A DNA stretch of 64,000 nt from Candidatus Bathyarchaeota archaeon (GCA_963828195.1 CAWHDT010000005.1:416001-480000); one strand, 5' to 3'; positions 9,528 through 19,425 are shown, numbered from the stretch's first letter. A program made the numbers and translations. Notes: generated by a model not told the origin, from the sequence alone.

Positions 9528-10250
9528 ATGCCACGTTTTATAGAGGAAAACGTTAGGGGTCAGTTGGTTGCGGCTTTTGAGAACTTGGTTAATCCTGTGG
9601 ATCTTGTTTTCTTTACCCAAAAAGATTGCGCTGCCTGCGTATATCAGGGGGAGCTGTTACGAGAAGTCAGTTCATTATCAAGCAAATTGACCCTGAAAAG
9701 TTATGACTTCGTTTTAAACGGCGATGAAGCTATGAATTACAAAATAGATAAGATTCCGGCAACAGCAGTTGTTGGCAAACGTGACTATAGAATCCGCTTC
9801 TTTGGTTTAACCGCGGGCTTTGAATTTAAAACGCTTATAGAAGACATCATCATGGTCTCGAGCGAACGCACAGGTCTCGACCCAAGACTCGAAATTTTAG
9901 TGAAGGCACTTCCAAATCCAGTGCACCTGCAAGTAATGGCGTCCCTGACTTGTCCACACTGCCCAAAGGCAGTGCAGGCTGCGCATCGCTTCGCTTTTCT
10001 TAACGAAAATATCCGTTCAGACATGGTTGACCTCAGCGTATTTCCCTATATAGCACAAAAATACAACGTAACGGGAACACCTAAGACCATCATAAACGAA
10101 AGCTAATCATTTGTAGGCGCATACCCTGAAGCCGCCCTTTATCTGGAGATACTAAAAGCAGTAGACCCACAGCAATACCAGAAAGTCGTAGAAGAAATCA
10201 CGAAAGAAGCCAACTTAGCTCAGGGCATGAGCACAGCCTACCCACTTTAG
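9528..10250 (+). pseudogene. protein-disulfide oxidoreductase (two thioredoxin folds) with an in-frame TAA
   Basis: CAAC and CPHC motifs. After TAA at 10104-10106 the frame continues SFVGAYPEAALYLEILKAV... to TAG 10250. Confidence 0.8.
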
Positions 10251-10458
10251 CATTCGGCGGCAGGATTTTTTAGCTGTTAATTTACAAAAATGGAAAGCCG
10301 AAGGAAAAAACCTTAGAAATTTCTGTATCTGATTATGCGGATACTGTTAAGTTATTTGTCAGGGGATTTTCCAGTTTATTTTCTCTAGTTAGTCAACTAG
10401 TAAAAAGTTTTTGGAAACTAATGAAAATCTAAAATAGATCTTCAGCAAACTCTATTCT

Positions 10459-10941
10459 ATGAGAAAAAGGAAATATGTTTTCCTCATAATTGCAATAGCT
10501 GTACTTATAGTACTTCTATCCGTTTCGCTTTTTGTTATCAATCCTGTTCTTGACCAAAAAAAGCAAGAACCAAAAGCAACTCCAAATAGTAGTAGTTTTC
10601 CATCGCCCTCGCTGGTAACAATAACAGGTGAAATTCAACTAGACTCTAGCTTCTTTATAGAATTAGGTACCCCCCTAGAAGGTGGAGGGTCACATTATTA
10701 TCTGCAAGACCAACAATCAGGCATTAAATATTATTTGCTTAATGGTGACGGAACATTTTTTAGCGGTTTGGATTCACCTCAAATAGGTTGGACAGGGGAT
10801 AATAGTTCTGGAAAACAATTTCAAGTTTCTGGATTTGTAAGCGCTGGAATGTATCGATGCGTCAATCTTACGAACTCAGGACCAAATGGTTTGCAATTAT
10901 TAAATACTCTGACGATAGTTAATGGAACAGAAATATCCTAA
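10459..10941 (+). CDS. hypothetical membrane-anchored exported protein
   Basis: Basic N-terminus, TM helix, Ser/Pro linker, then an OB-like beta domain. Confidence 0.7.
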   Translation: MRKRKYVFLIIAIAVLIVLLSVSLFVINPVLDQKKQEPKATPNSSSFPSPSLVTITGEIQLDSSFFIELGTPLEGGGSHYYLQDQQSGIKYYLLNGDGTFFSGLDSPQIGWTGDNSSGKQFQVSGFVSAGMYRCVNLTNSGPNGLQLLNTLTIVNGTEIS

Positions 10942-11114
10942 TCTCTGGTTACCTTTCATATTGCTAATTCTTGGCAGCCTAAAAAGAGTCATGACAAATA
11001 ACTTAACAGTATCGATTATGCGTAATGCTTTTAAGAATGGCGAGTTAAATGCAACAGACATCGATCAGCCAGTTAACTATCTATTAGTTTATCGTTTATA
11101 CGGGGAGTTTAAAA

Positions 11115-12305
11115 ATGCAGTATAGAACTGTACCTAAAAACGGCGATAAGTTGTCAGCTCTTGGATTTGGAGCCATGCGGTTACCGCTAAAGGGACAAAA
11201 CCTCGATGAAGAACGCGCAATAAAACAAATTCGTTATGCAATCGACAACGGCGTAAACTATGTTGATTCAGCGCCACCCTATCATGGTGGTGAGAGCGAG
11301 AAGGTGCTTGGAAAAGCCTTGTTGGATGGCTACCGCAAAAAAGTAAAGATAGCCACAAAACTTACCCCGTTTCTGCTAAGTAAAGCCGAAGACATGGACA
11401 GAATATTAAATGCATCGCTGCAAAAACTGCAAACTGATCACATTGACTATTACCTTCTGCATGGGCTTGAAGAAGAGGTTTGGAAAAAACTGCGAGCCTT
11501 TAACGTTTTACAATTTTTGGAAAAAGCAAAAGCCGATGGAAAAATCGTCAACATAGGCTTTTCATTTCACGGGTCCATTGAAACCTTCAAAGAAATCATA
11601 GATGCAAATGACTGGACGATGTGTCAAATGCAATATAATTTTATGGATGAAAAAGTGCAGGCGGGAACGGCAGGCCTGAAGTATGCTGCTTCGAAGAATC
11701 TTGCGGTTATGGTTATGGAGCCGCTGAGGGGCGGAGCATTAACCGATAAGCTTCCAAATGAAGTAAAGCAACTTTACGATGACGCTAAAATTCTGAGGTC
11801 TCCGGCTGAGTGGGGTCTTCGCTGGGTGTGGAATCATCCGGAAGTGACGGTTGTTCTTTCAGGAATGAATATGAAGAAACAAGTTGCCGAAAACGTTAAA
11901 ACCGCGGAGACAGCGTTTCCATGCTCAATGGAACCCACCGAGCTTGCAACTATCAAAAATGTAGCTGAAGCTTATAGGCGCCTTATCAAGGTTTCATGCA
12001 CGGGCTGCCGATACTGTATGCCGTGCCCTTCCGGAGTCAATATTCCCGCCAACTTCAGAATCTACAATGACTACTGCATGTTCAGCGATAAAAAAAGATC
12101 AAGACTGATGTATGCGTTGATGTTAATGGGGGGATTCGGCGGTAAACGGTCCGATGCCTCACTATGTATAGAATGCAAAAAATGCGTAGAACTTTGCCCC
12201 CAGCACATAGATATTCCTCAACAGCTTAAATCGGTTTTAAAAGATATAGGTGGCTCCAAAACTGAATCGGTAATTGCCACACGAAGTAGCGTGCTTCGAA
12301 AATAA
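11115..12305 (+). CDS. aldo/keto reductase with C-terminal 4Fe-4S dicluster
   Basis: SALGFGAMRLP, MEPLRGG, CTGCRYCMPCP and CIECKKCVELCP. Confidence 0.93.
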   Translation: MQYRTVPKNGDKLSALGFGAMRLPLKGQNLDEERAIKQIRYAIDNGVNYVDSAPPYHGGESEKVLGKALLDGYRKKVKIATKLTPFLLSKAEDMDRILNASLQKLQTDHIDYYLLHGLEEEVWKKLRAFNVLQFLEKAKADGKIVNIGFSFHGSIETFKEIIDANDWTMCQMQYNFMDEKVQAGTAGLKYAASKNLAVMVMEPLRGGALTDKLPNEVKQLYDDAKILRSPAEWGLRWVWNHPEVTVVLSGMNMKKQVAENVKTAETAFPCSMEPTELATIKNVAEAYRRLIKVSCTGCRYCMPCPSGVNIPANFRIYNDYCMFSDKKRSRLMYALMLMGGFGGKRSDASLCIECKKCVELCPQHIDIPQQLKSVLKDIGGSKTESVIATRSSVLRK

Positions 12306-12436
12306 CGTTCAAAACCTGCATGAAAACGTTTTTTAGCCGTTTGTTATTCACAGAACAATGTCACTATGGGCAACCCAAAATACTGTTTCAGTAAGTGTTA
12401 AATTTTGGTTAAGACGCCATTTTATACGGTGAAAGT

Positions 12437-13006
12437 TTGTCACAAGTTGAAAAAGGGCACGGCGCAAAAGGATCAGACGAAGCTAACTTAAACGCTGTTT
12501 TGAATGCTGCAAAAAAGCGGGCGGAGCAGTTGGGAATCAAGTCTGTTGTTGTGGCGTCCACCAGTGGAGATACAGGAGTGAAAGCGGTGAAAATGTTTAC
12601 AGGATATAACGTTGTTGTGGTAACGCATAGCACTGGCTTTAGTGGACCAGATGTTCAAGAGTTGATACCGGAGAATCGGGAACTGATTCTTAAGGCTGGT
12701 GGCAAAATCTTGACCACGACCCACGCGTTTGGAGGATTAGGTCGGGCAGTTAGAAGAAAGTTTAACACGTACCAAACCGATGAAATCGTTGCGAATACGT
12801 TGCGGGTTTTTGGTCAAGGAACCAAAGTTGCGGTTGAAATCGCAATGATGGCGGCTGATTCTGGGCTCATAAGCGTAAAAGAAGATGTAATTTCCATAGG
12901 AGGATCAGGCAGTGGAGCTGACACGGCGCTTGTGATTCAACCAGCCAATGTTCAAGATTTCTTCGATGTAAAAGTTCGGGAAATCATTTGCAAACCCTGG
13001 CTCTAA
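12437..13006 (+). CDS. pyruvate-kinase alpha/beta domain protein (MTH1675-like)
   Basis: VVVASTSGDT, VVVTH, GQGTKVAVEIAMMAADSG, GADTA. Confidence 0.85.
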   Translation: MSQVEKGHGAKGSDEANLNAVLNAAKKRAEQLGIKSVVVASTSGDTGVKAVKMFTGYNVVVVTHSTGFSGPDVQELIPENRELILKAGGKILTTTHAFGGLGRAVRRKFNTYQTDEIVANTLRVFGQGTKVAVEIAMMAADSGLISVKEDVISIGGSGSGADTALVIQPANVQDFFDVKVREIICKPWL

Positions 13007-13458
13007 AAAAACTGGAAGCGTGTGTACGCTCCCACTTAGCTGCTTATGGTAGGTTAAAATTTTGATCAAACTATAGCTTGTTAATCGTGACTTCACACTG
13101 TGACAACAAAGCTCAATATAACCGTGTTTTCTCTCATTGTATTGAAGAAAACAGCCAGAAAGAATTGTTTTTCTGGATATGGTGAAAAGCGTAAGAGCTG
13201 CGATAGACCGAGGCTGAGAAGGCTCTGGTAAATCCATTTTATCAGAACAATTAGATTTTGCATTTTTATTTTCCTCCCAAAGTTCCAGAGCCTCAGCATA
13301 CTCTTTAGGAAATTGATTTATTCATTTAGTTTTTCGTGGTCTCTTCTTTAAACCCAGTGTCTTGGTATAAGAAAAAATTTATCAAATTTTCTTCGTTTTA
13401 GAACATTAACCTCTGATGTGCAGTGGAATGATAGAATAGATTCCATCTCAAAACGTCT

Positions 13459-13779
13459 TCAAACATCATTACTTTTTAAAATTCTGCTCAAGGCATCAAG
13501 CCAGAAACCAAATTTTTCTTTACTATCAACTGATAATATCTTGTTATCTTTATCAACAACCATTTCTACAACGCCATTCAAAATTACCATAGGTAAGGGC
13601 TCTGATTTTTGTTCACCGTCAAGTTTTTGCCTCTCAACTTTAACAATTTGAATACCGTCAGCTTTGATGAAGGTATTTTTATCCAGCCAAAACCCTTCTT
13701 GACATTCATCCAAGCTATTCCAGCCCAAATGTTCCTTCAGCAGTTCCTGCGTTGTCTTCTTATCGAGACCTTTTCTCAA
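13459..13779 (-). CDS. hypothetical protein
   Basis: 106-aa ORF with protein-like composition and GGAG upstream. Confidence 0.55.
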   Translation of the reverse strand: MRKGLDKKTTQELLKEHLGWNSLDECQEGFWLDKNTFIKADGIQIVKVERQKLDGEQKSEPLPMVILNGVVEMVVDKDNKILSVDSKEKFGFWLDALSRILKSNDV

Positions 13780-14149
13780 AACACCACTCTCCCATCATTT
13801 GCCAATCGCTTATTTTAGTTTTTGTAAAATTGTGGGGTTTAACACAAAATACAAAACTGGGTTAAAATCTCATGAATAGCCAGGAATATAGGTTGCAAGC
13901 TTTTGCCATGGGTTTAACAAAGTATTGGTTACAATCTCAGCTTAAATTTATTTTAGATCTCCGATGAAAAATAAATGGCTAAGCAGGGGTCGGATTTGAC
14001 TCCTTGAAAAGTGGAAAACATAACCCGCATGCCCCCTTTTTCTGTCATTCAATCCATATTTGGGGCTGCCAGGTTAATTATGACTTGAATCTGAGTAGCT
14101 TTTAAATAGATAGAATTGTGCATTATTATACAATTAGAGTTGGCGACAC

Positions 14150-14482
14150 TTGCTGTTTAAACATAAGAGCGTCGTAAAAGTTCAAATGGCGGATTTGGAC
14201 GGCGAGAAAGAAAACCTCGCGAATTTTTTGCGTAGCCAATCCAAACTGAATTCATCAATAACTTCCGAGGGATTGGAACTGAATATAACGGATGTTTCCG
14301 CCCATGCATTGGCAAGAATGGTAACAAAGTTTGTTTACCACAAGAATTTAAACGGCACGCATTGGGTTACCGTGGAAAACAACGTGGTAAAAATCAGCAG
14401 GTTCAAAGTCACAGCTAAGAAAAAAGAAAAACATGAGAAAAGCAAGCCCCATCAAAACATTGTACAAAGCTGGGGATTGTAA
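14150..14482 (+). CDS. ribosomal protein eL22-like protein
   Basis: LANFLRS...SAHALARMVTKFVYHKNLNGTHWVTV...KISRF parallels eL22 ([25 protein letters not shown]...YELRYF). Confidence 0.6.
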   Translation: MLFKHKSVVKVQMADLDGEKENLANFLRSQSKLNSSITSEGLELNITDVSAHALARMVTKFVYHKNLNGTHWVTVENNVVKISRFKVTAKKKEKHEKSKPHQNIVQSWGL

Positions 14483-14572
14483 AACGCATTTCTTATTATT
14501 ATGTAGTCTTGGTGTCAGCTGCAATTCTCTTTTTACTTAAAATCAGTTGTATCTGACAAGTGCGTTTCTGGC

Positions 14573-14920
14573 TTATCCGGATTCTCTTCTGGTGGTTTTG
14601 CATTTTGTGCATCTGAAGAATGTAATTGTTGAATGAATAGTCTCGTCTGCAGCTTCAACAGACCAAGTTTCGCTTTCGGTATTTCCGCATTTTTCGCAGA
14701 CCACATGGATTGTTGGAAGCAGCCTAAGCATTGCCTCTTTGCTTTGGTCTATAACAGCGATTTCAGCTCCTTTGCCAAGATGTAGGCTTATTTTTTTGTT
14801 TGATTCTTTAGGCTCCGTTGGTTTTTGGTATTTGCATTTTGGGCATCTAAGTGTGGAGGAGTCTTTTTTCGTTGTTTGAAGTATAGATCCGCATTTTGGG
14901 CAGAAGTCCATTGCATTCAC
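14573..14920 (-). CDS. transcription factor S (TFS/RpoM)-like paralogue
   Basis: FCPKCGS..CPKC and CEKC...ADE...TFFRCTKC zinc ribbons. Confidence 0.85.
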   Translation of the reverse strand: MNAMDFCPKCGSILQTTKKDSSTLRCPKCKYQKPTEPKESNKKISLHLGKGAEIAVIDQSKEAMLRLLPTIHVVCEKCGNTESETWSVEAADETIHSTITFFRCTKCKTTRRESG

Positions 14921-15326
14921 CTGAGTGGAGGCTTTTTAGCTAAAATGATTCTTATGTATTGCGACTCTTACGTTACAAATAATTCAATTAATGTTCTATT
15001 TGGTGCAAATGGTACCTAAATCGAGCGGAAACACAGATGCATTCCCTTTTTTATGTCGGTTGAAGCTTGTTTAATCAGCCTTGTTCACTAGGCTGAATCA
15101 ATAAAGTTTTTATTTTAACTCTGAAATATTCTCTATTAGGCATGAAGAACCAAAAAAAGAACCGCAAAGAAATCTTGGCCGATATTCTAAATCAACAAAG
15201 TCCATAGCGGTTCGTAAAATATTGAATTCTTAAACGAGAACATGCGCCTTAGGTTCTGGCAAAGGCGGCAGTTAGTGGATGTACCAAATCTTATAACTTC
15301 ATCCATGAAGGAAAACATCTCGCAGA

Positions 15327-16094
15327 TTAACCCAAGTCTATTCGGAGCAACTTACCTATTAATAATTCAAGTTCGCTGAACCTTTCTCTATCCAATATAC
15401 AGTCTGCTTTGAATTTGGCTTCATTAAAGTTAGCAGTTGAATTTCTTATCAGGATAGTTTTCATACCTATTTGTTCTGCACCAGCAACATCCACAGCAGG
15501 GTTATCTCCAACATACACGCAACTTGCAGGCGCGATTTTTAGAAGATCACAGATTTTGATAAATGGTTGCTTGTGAGGTTTTGTTTCCTTTGTGTCCTCT
15601 CCTGAAACAACAATTGCATCAAAAAATTCGATTAGTCCAGACGAGCATAGCCTTTGATATTTCATTCCTTTTAGCCCATCAGTATCGCTAACCATTCCTA
15701 AATGCATATTCTTCATCTTAAGAGAAACAAGCAAATCCACCGCTCCAGGATATGGAAGAGAATATTTGACTATGGTACGCCAGTAGCTCAGAACGGCTTC
15801 AGATAAGACTTGCCGGGGCAGCTTCAAAGCGGGAGTGCAGTATCTTTTAACTGCTTCTGAAAACCAAACTTTTCTATCATAAATCAGCTTTGCAGACATT
15901 TCCCTATCAACATCAGAAATAAGGGCAACCATAGCTTCTTTGTTTATTTTGCAACCTCGTTCTTTTCCATAATCTGCAAGAATATTGGCAACTTCAATGT
16001 GGGCAAGTTCTCTACAAGTATAAGAGTCCATTAATGTGCCATCAAAATCGAATATTACCCCAAATTGTGAGGGCGCTCTAGCGGCTTCCAACAC
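15327..16094 (-). CDS. HAD-superfamily hydrolase
   Basis: FDFDGTL, KP, YVGDNPAVDVAGA. Confidence 0.9.
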   Translation of the reverse strand: MLEAARAPSQFGVIFDFDGTLMDSYTCRELAHIEVANILADYGKERGCKINKEAMVALISDVDREMSAKLIYDRKVWFSEAVKRYCTPALKLPRQVLSEAVLSYWRTIVKYSLPYPGAVDLLVSLKMKNMHLGMVSDTDGLKGMKYQRLCSSGLIEFFDAIVVSGEDTKETKPHKQPFIKICDLLKIAPASCVYVGDNPAVDVAGAEQIGMKTILIRNSTANFNEAKFKADCILDRERFSELELLIGKLLRIDLG

Positions 16095-16140
16095 ATCAAC
16101 TCACTGTCTTCTGCATACTTTTTCCAGCCCGCACTTTGCG

Positions 16141-16824
16141 CTATTTGTCAAAGCCAAGTATCATATTGAGCTTATCCAAAGCTCGGTCTGAGGCTTCTTT
16201 GTCTGGAAACTCAAGGTCATCTTCCTTTGGTTCGGTGCCGGCAAAAAGGCAAAGTGCCTCAATACCCTTTCGTTTTGACAAGCCAAATACCAACCCTGAG
16301 AAGCCCATGAAGGGTCCTTTGTATCTTATGTCGATGCTGTATTTTTCTTTCATCTCAGCGACTAATTCTTTGCTGGTAGCAGCGCAGCATATTTTCTTGT
16401 CCTTTGAACCGTAACCTGCAATAACTATTATTCTTTTCACGTGGTTTTCAGCTAGGAAATCTAGAACTTTTATGGCAACTTCATATTGGCCTTCAAAATT
16501 TGCGTGATATCCCTTTGTAATGATTAAAGAAGGGGAGAAACTAGTGTAGAACTCGACTTTGGGAAAGTCTGCTTCGCCGGATTCAACAATAACTCCTCCA
16601 AAGCCAGGCAACGTTGGATCGGCAGCATAAGAAGGCTTAGTTTCGTAGATGGAAGGCATATGCATGGAATACAGGTCTGCAATTTTCGTTGCTTTGGTTT
16701 TCGCTATGAGACTATCCATAACAAGTTTGCCTATAGACCTCAACCCGGGCGATCCAACAACAGCTATGGGGTCGATAACTTTGGCGTCGCCGCGGCGTTC
16801 TATCCACGTTTCTTTTTTCATCAA
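16141..16824 (-). CDS. PAC2-family proteasome assembly chaperone
   Basis: GSPGLRSIGKL, GQYEVA, GFSGLVFGL..GIEALCLFAGT. Confidence 0.85.
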   Translation of the reverse strand: MMKKETWIERRGDAKVIDPIAVVGSPGLRSIGKLVMDSLIAKTKATKIADLYSMHMPSIYETKPSYAADPTLPGFGGVIVESGEADFPKVEFYTSFSPSLIITKGYHANFEGQYEVAIKVLDFLAENHVKRIIVIAGYGSKDKKICCAATSKELVAEMKEKYSIDIRYKGPFMGFSGLVFGLSKRKGIEALCLFAGTEPKEDDLEFPDKEASDRALDKLNMILGFDK

Positions 16825-16835
16825 TGCATCCTCAG

Positions 16836-17621
16836 TTAAGTGACGTAGGCGGGCTTCTTACCTGAACCGGCCATTTGTTCTCTTATTCGACGCTCAATTT
16901 CAACCAATTTCGCAATTGTCTCATCCATTTGCGCCACTTGCTTGTCCATCGGCTCCATATCTACTTTCAAATTCAACATTGAAGACAAAACTTTCAAAGC
17001 CGCCTTCGCCGCCCGGGGATCTATAACGTATTCTCCAGTGGGAGTTTGGTACCCGTGAGTTTCCGCAAGCAAACAGGCTCCTTCCACGTTTTTCTTTTTG
17101 GCAAGACCTGTTATTATGCCGTTTTCGCCACCGATGACTCCATCCTCCAGAAACTGGGCTCCATGCGTTTTAGCTTCTTCAAGTAGAGCTAATGTTGTCG
17201 TGGTACAGTAAACGTTTGGTGCCTCAAAGGGTCTCTCAGTTACGTAGGCTGCAACGGAGTATATTCTCTGCACGCTATTTTTGATTGCCCAATCCAACAC
17301 CGCATCCGCAACCTCGTACTGGCCTTCAGGAGAATAAGCCTGCGAGTTGCCCGTGAGAAAAACGATTGTTCGTCCCGATTCTTCTTTGAATAGGTGGAGT
17401 TCGTTTCGAAGAAGCTCAACAAGTCCGTCTTCTTTAATAACGACAAAGGGCGGAAAATACTTTGAGTAAACTTCCCCAACCAGTTCAGCTTTGAGTTGCT
17501 GAATGAGGTAGTCAACTGAAAGTTTCCCAATGTAAGCTGTTCCAGGCAACCCACACACGAGTATTAATTGATTAGGCGTAAACTCCTTTAGCATTTTGAT
17601 TTCAACACTCATAAGATGCAA
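16836..17621 (-). CDS. PAC2-family proteasome assembly chaperone
   Basis: GLPGTAYIGKL, FPPFV, GQYEVA, CLLAETHG..DPRAAKAAL. Confidence 0.9.
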   Translation of the reverse strand: MHLMSVEIKMLKEFTPNQLILVCGLPGTAYIGKLSVDYLIQQLKAELVGEVYSKYFPPFVVIKEDGLVELLRNELHLFKEESGRTIVFLTGNSQAYSPEGQYEVADAVLDWAIKNSVQRIYSVAAYVTERPFEAPNVYCTTTTLALLEEAKTHGAQFLEDGVIGGENGIITGLAKKKNVEGACLLAETHGYQTPTGEYVIDPRAAKAALKVLSSMLNLKVDMEPMDKQVAQMDETIAKLVEIERRIREQMAGSGKKPAYVT

Positions 17622-17700
17622 ACCAACTTCGATTCAAGATAAGTAGTGACACAAATGAACTTTTTGTTTGAACCCCTGCAGAACACCCAAAAGCACCCGC

Positions 17701-18225
17701 TTTCCAGATCACGTTGGTGTGTTTTTGGCAGATATTTTTAAGTTGCGACTTTTGGGCTGGCGTAAGTTGCGACTTTCCGTTTTGGGTCTTTGCGTTTTGG
17801 GTTGCTTTGGTTGTTTGGGGTTGAAAAGGCTTTGTTTGTTGCGACTTTGGGATGGGCGGATGCGACTTTCCATGTTGAATCTATGTTGACGGCACTGTCG
17901 CGTATGGGCGGGTGCCGGGGGATTCTTTGTTCGCCGGGCAACATGAAAGACCGTGAACACCAACAATTCGACGCCGCCACCAGCACAAACAAAGAAAAGC
18001 TTACACCGGCTAAACCGCCACAGAACAAAACCGTCCAGCAACCCCCCGCCACCGACAAAACCCAACAACTAAACAAACAACAACAACACCTACACCAAAA
18101 AACAAACGCCTAATGTTTAGCCATTCCCAGAACAGCCACGATGACATGACTTGGGCGCTGGCTTGGCAGTTTCGCGGTGCATGCAAACAGGTCTTCTGGT
18201 TGTTGGTGCAGTGCTTCCACACTGA
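17701..18225 (+). repeat. terminase-derived repeat R1, copy 2
   Basis: Highly similar to 23040-23596. The 3' end reads MFSHSQNSHDDMTWALA then a frameshift to AVS...GAVLPH*. Confidence 0.85.
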
Positions 18226-18337
18226 GATAAAGCCGAGCCTTTTCCGTCTCCGCTTTTTAGACTTTTATGTTGCTTTGTAGGTTTTTGTTGCGGCAAAGTT
18301 AAGTAGTACTTTTGTTAAGTTGTACTTGTGTTAAGGC

Positions 18338-18565
18338 ATGACTGAAGTTGTAGTTACCAGGAAGGGGCAGGTAACCATACCCATAGAGATAAGAAAAAAG
18401 TTTGGCATAGAGGAGAGCTCAAAAGTAGAGATTGTTGAGCAAAACGGCATGATCGTGATTAAAAAGCGCCCGAGCATTTTTGATTTGGCAGGCAGCGGCG
18501 CTGGAAAAGGCAACGTTGCCGAGTTGAAAAAGATGCTGGATCAAATGAGGGACGAAGATGCCTGA
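18338..18565 (+). CDS. AbrB/MazE-family antitoxin
   Basis: VTRKGQVTIPIEIRKKFGI; overlaps vapC. Confidence 0.92.
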   Translation: MTEVVVTRKGQVTIPIEIRKKFGIEESSKVEIVEQNGMIVIKKRPSIFDLAGSGAGKGNVAELKKMLDQMRDEDA

Positions 18566-18947
18566 CAGGCGTCTATATGACACCCGCTTTTTTGTTGAGT
18601 ACTTCTACAGCGAGGATGGAGAGCGTTTAAGAAAGCTCAAGGAGGAATTGCGGTTAGTTAAGGAAAGGATGGTTTCATCATTAACCGTCCATGAGATTCA
18701 CCGCATCAATTTTCTGCGGCAGGGAAAAGATGTTGCAGACCTTAGAAGCAGCACGATAAGACGCGACTTTAAAGTCATCGACGTCGATTACCAGACAGCA
18801 ATAAAAAGTGCGGAAATAAGAACCAAACACAAAATGCCAATGGCTGACAGCGTAATCGCAGCAACAGCCCAAATCTATGAATGCACCCTATTTTCAGACG
18901 ACAATCACTTTAAAGAAATAGAGAACCTAAAAACAAAATGGTGCTAA
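18558..18947 (+). CDS. vapC: VapC PIN-domain toxin
   Basis: YDT, E, ADSVIAATA, SDD.HF acidic residues intact. Confidence 0.92.
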   Translation: MPDRRLYDTRFFVEYFYSEDGERLRKLKEELRLVKERMVSSLTVHEIHRINFLRQGKDVADLRSSTIRRDFKVIDVDYQTAIKSAEIRTKHKMPMADSVIAATAQIYECTLFSDDNHFKEIENLKTKWC

Positions 18948-18994
18948 ATGACCTTATTCACCCAATCGCTCAGTTATCGCACATTTGCCGCTGT

Positions 18995-19097
18995 CCAGCA
19001 ACTGAATAAACAACCAATATACCTACACCAAAAACAGAGACCTACAATAATGCCACCGCAAAACAGCCTCAACATGATTTGTGCGCTATCGCTCTTT
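18995..19097 (+). repeat. terminase-derived repeat R1, short copy 4
   Basis: Frameshifted QQLNKQ/YTYTKNRDLQ/PQNS/NMICALSL; homologous to the 3' ends of copies 2 and 3. Confidence 0.65.
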
Positions 19098-19156
19098 GAG
19101 AAGCAGCTTTTTCAAATTTATAAGACGCTTCCTGCATTCATATCAAGTAGTGATCT

Positions 19157-19378
19157 TTGATGGCGAAGACAGTACACTTAGATGAGGAAGATCGTAAACT
19201 TCTCGCTGAAACCAAGCAAAAGCTCGATGAAGCAACCAAGCTTATGGGGGAACGGATGGAAACCTTCGAAATTTTAAGCGACCCCGAAATGGTAAAAGCC
19301 ATAGAGGAAGGGCAAGCAGACATTAAAGCTGGAAGAGTAAAAGAGTTACGGACACTTCTAAAGGAAGACGCCTGTTGA
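19157..19378 (+). CDS. RelB/Phd-like antitoxin
   Basis: ETFEILSDPEMVKAIEEGQADIKAGRV C-terminal antitoxin motif. Confidence 0.75.
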   Translation: MMAKTVHLDEEDRKLLAETKQKLDEATKLMGERMETFEILSDPEMVKAIEEGQADIKAGRVKELRTLLKEDAC

Positions 19379-19425
19379 AACCCAAGTGCACGGTTGTTTT
19401 ATCCAGACAAGCAGAGCATTTCTAG
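19375..19425 (+). pseudogene. N-terminal stub of a RelE/ParE toxin
   Basis: TTG overlapping the antitoxin stop, reads MKPKCTVVLSRQAEHF*; ends at the helicase stop codon. Confidence 0.55.

Noticed and set aside
10104-10106. Selenocysteine or pyrrolysine readthrough in the oxidoreductase
   Set aside because: The stop is TAA and the position is not a redox-active site.
12905-13320. - strand open frames as a gene
   Set aside because: They overlap the + strand gene end and lack a clear start or motif; at most an unidentifiable remnant.
13975-14012. Possible degenerate tRNA 3'-end (att relic) on the - strand
   Set aside because: Only a loose TCAAATCC resemblance; stems do not pair convincingly.
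17668-18222. Many overlapping ORFs across R1 (also 8165-8596 and 22981-23516) as real genes
   Set aside because: Low-complexity products caused by the skewed composition; frames are not preserved between copies.
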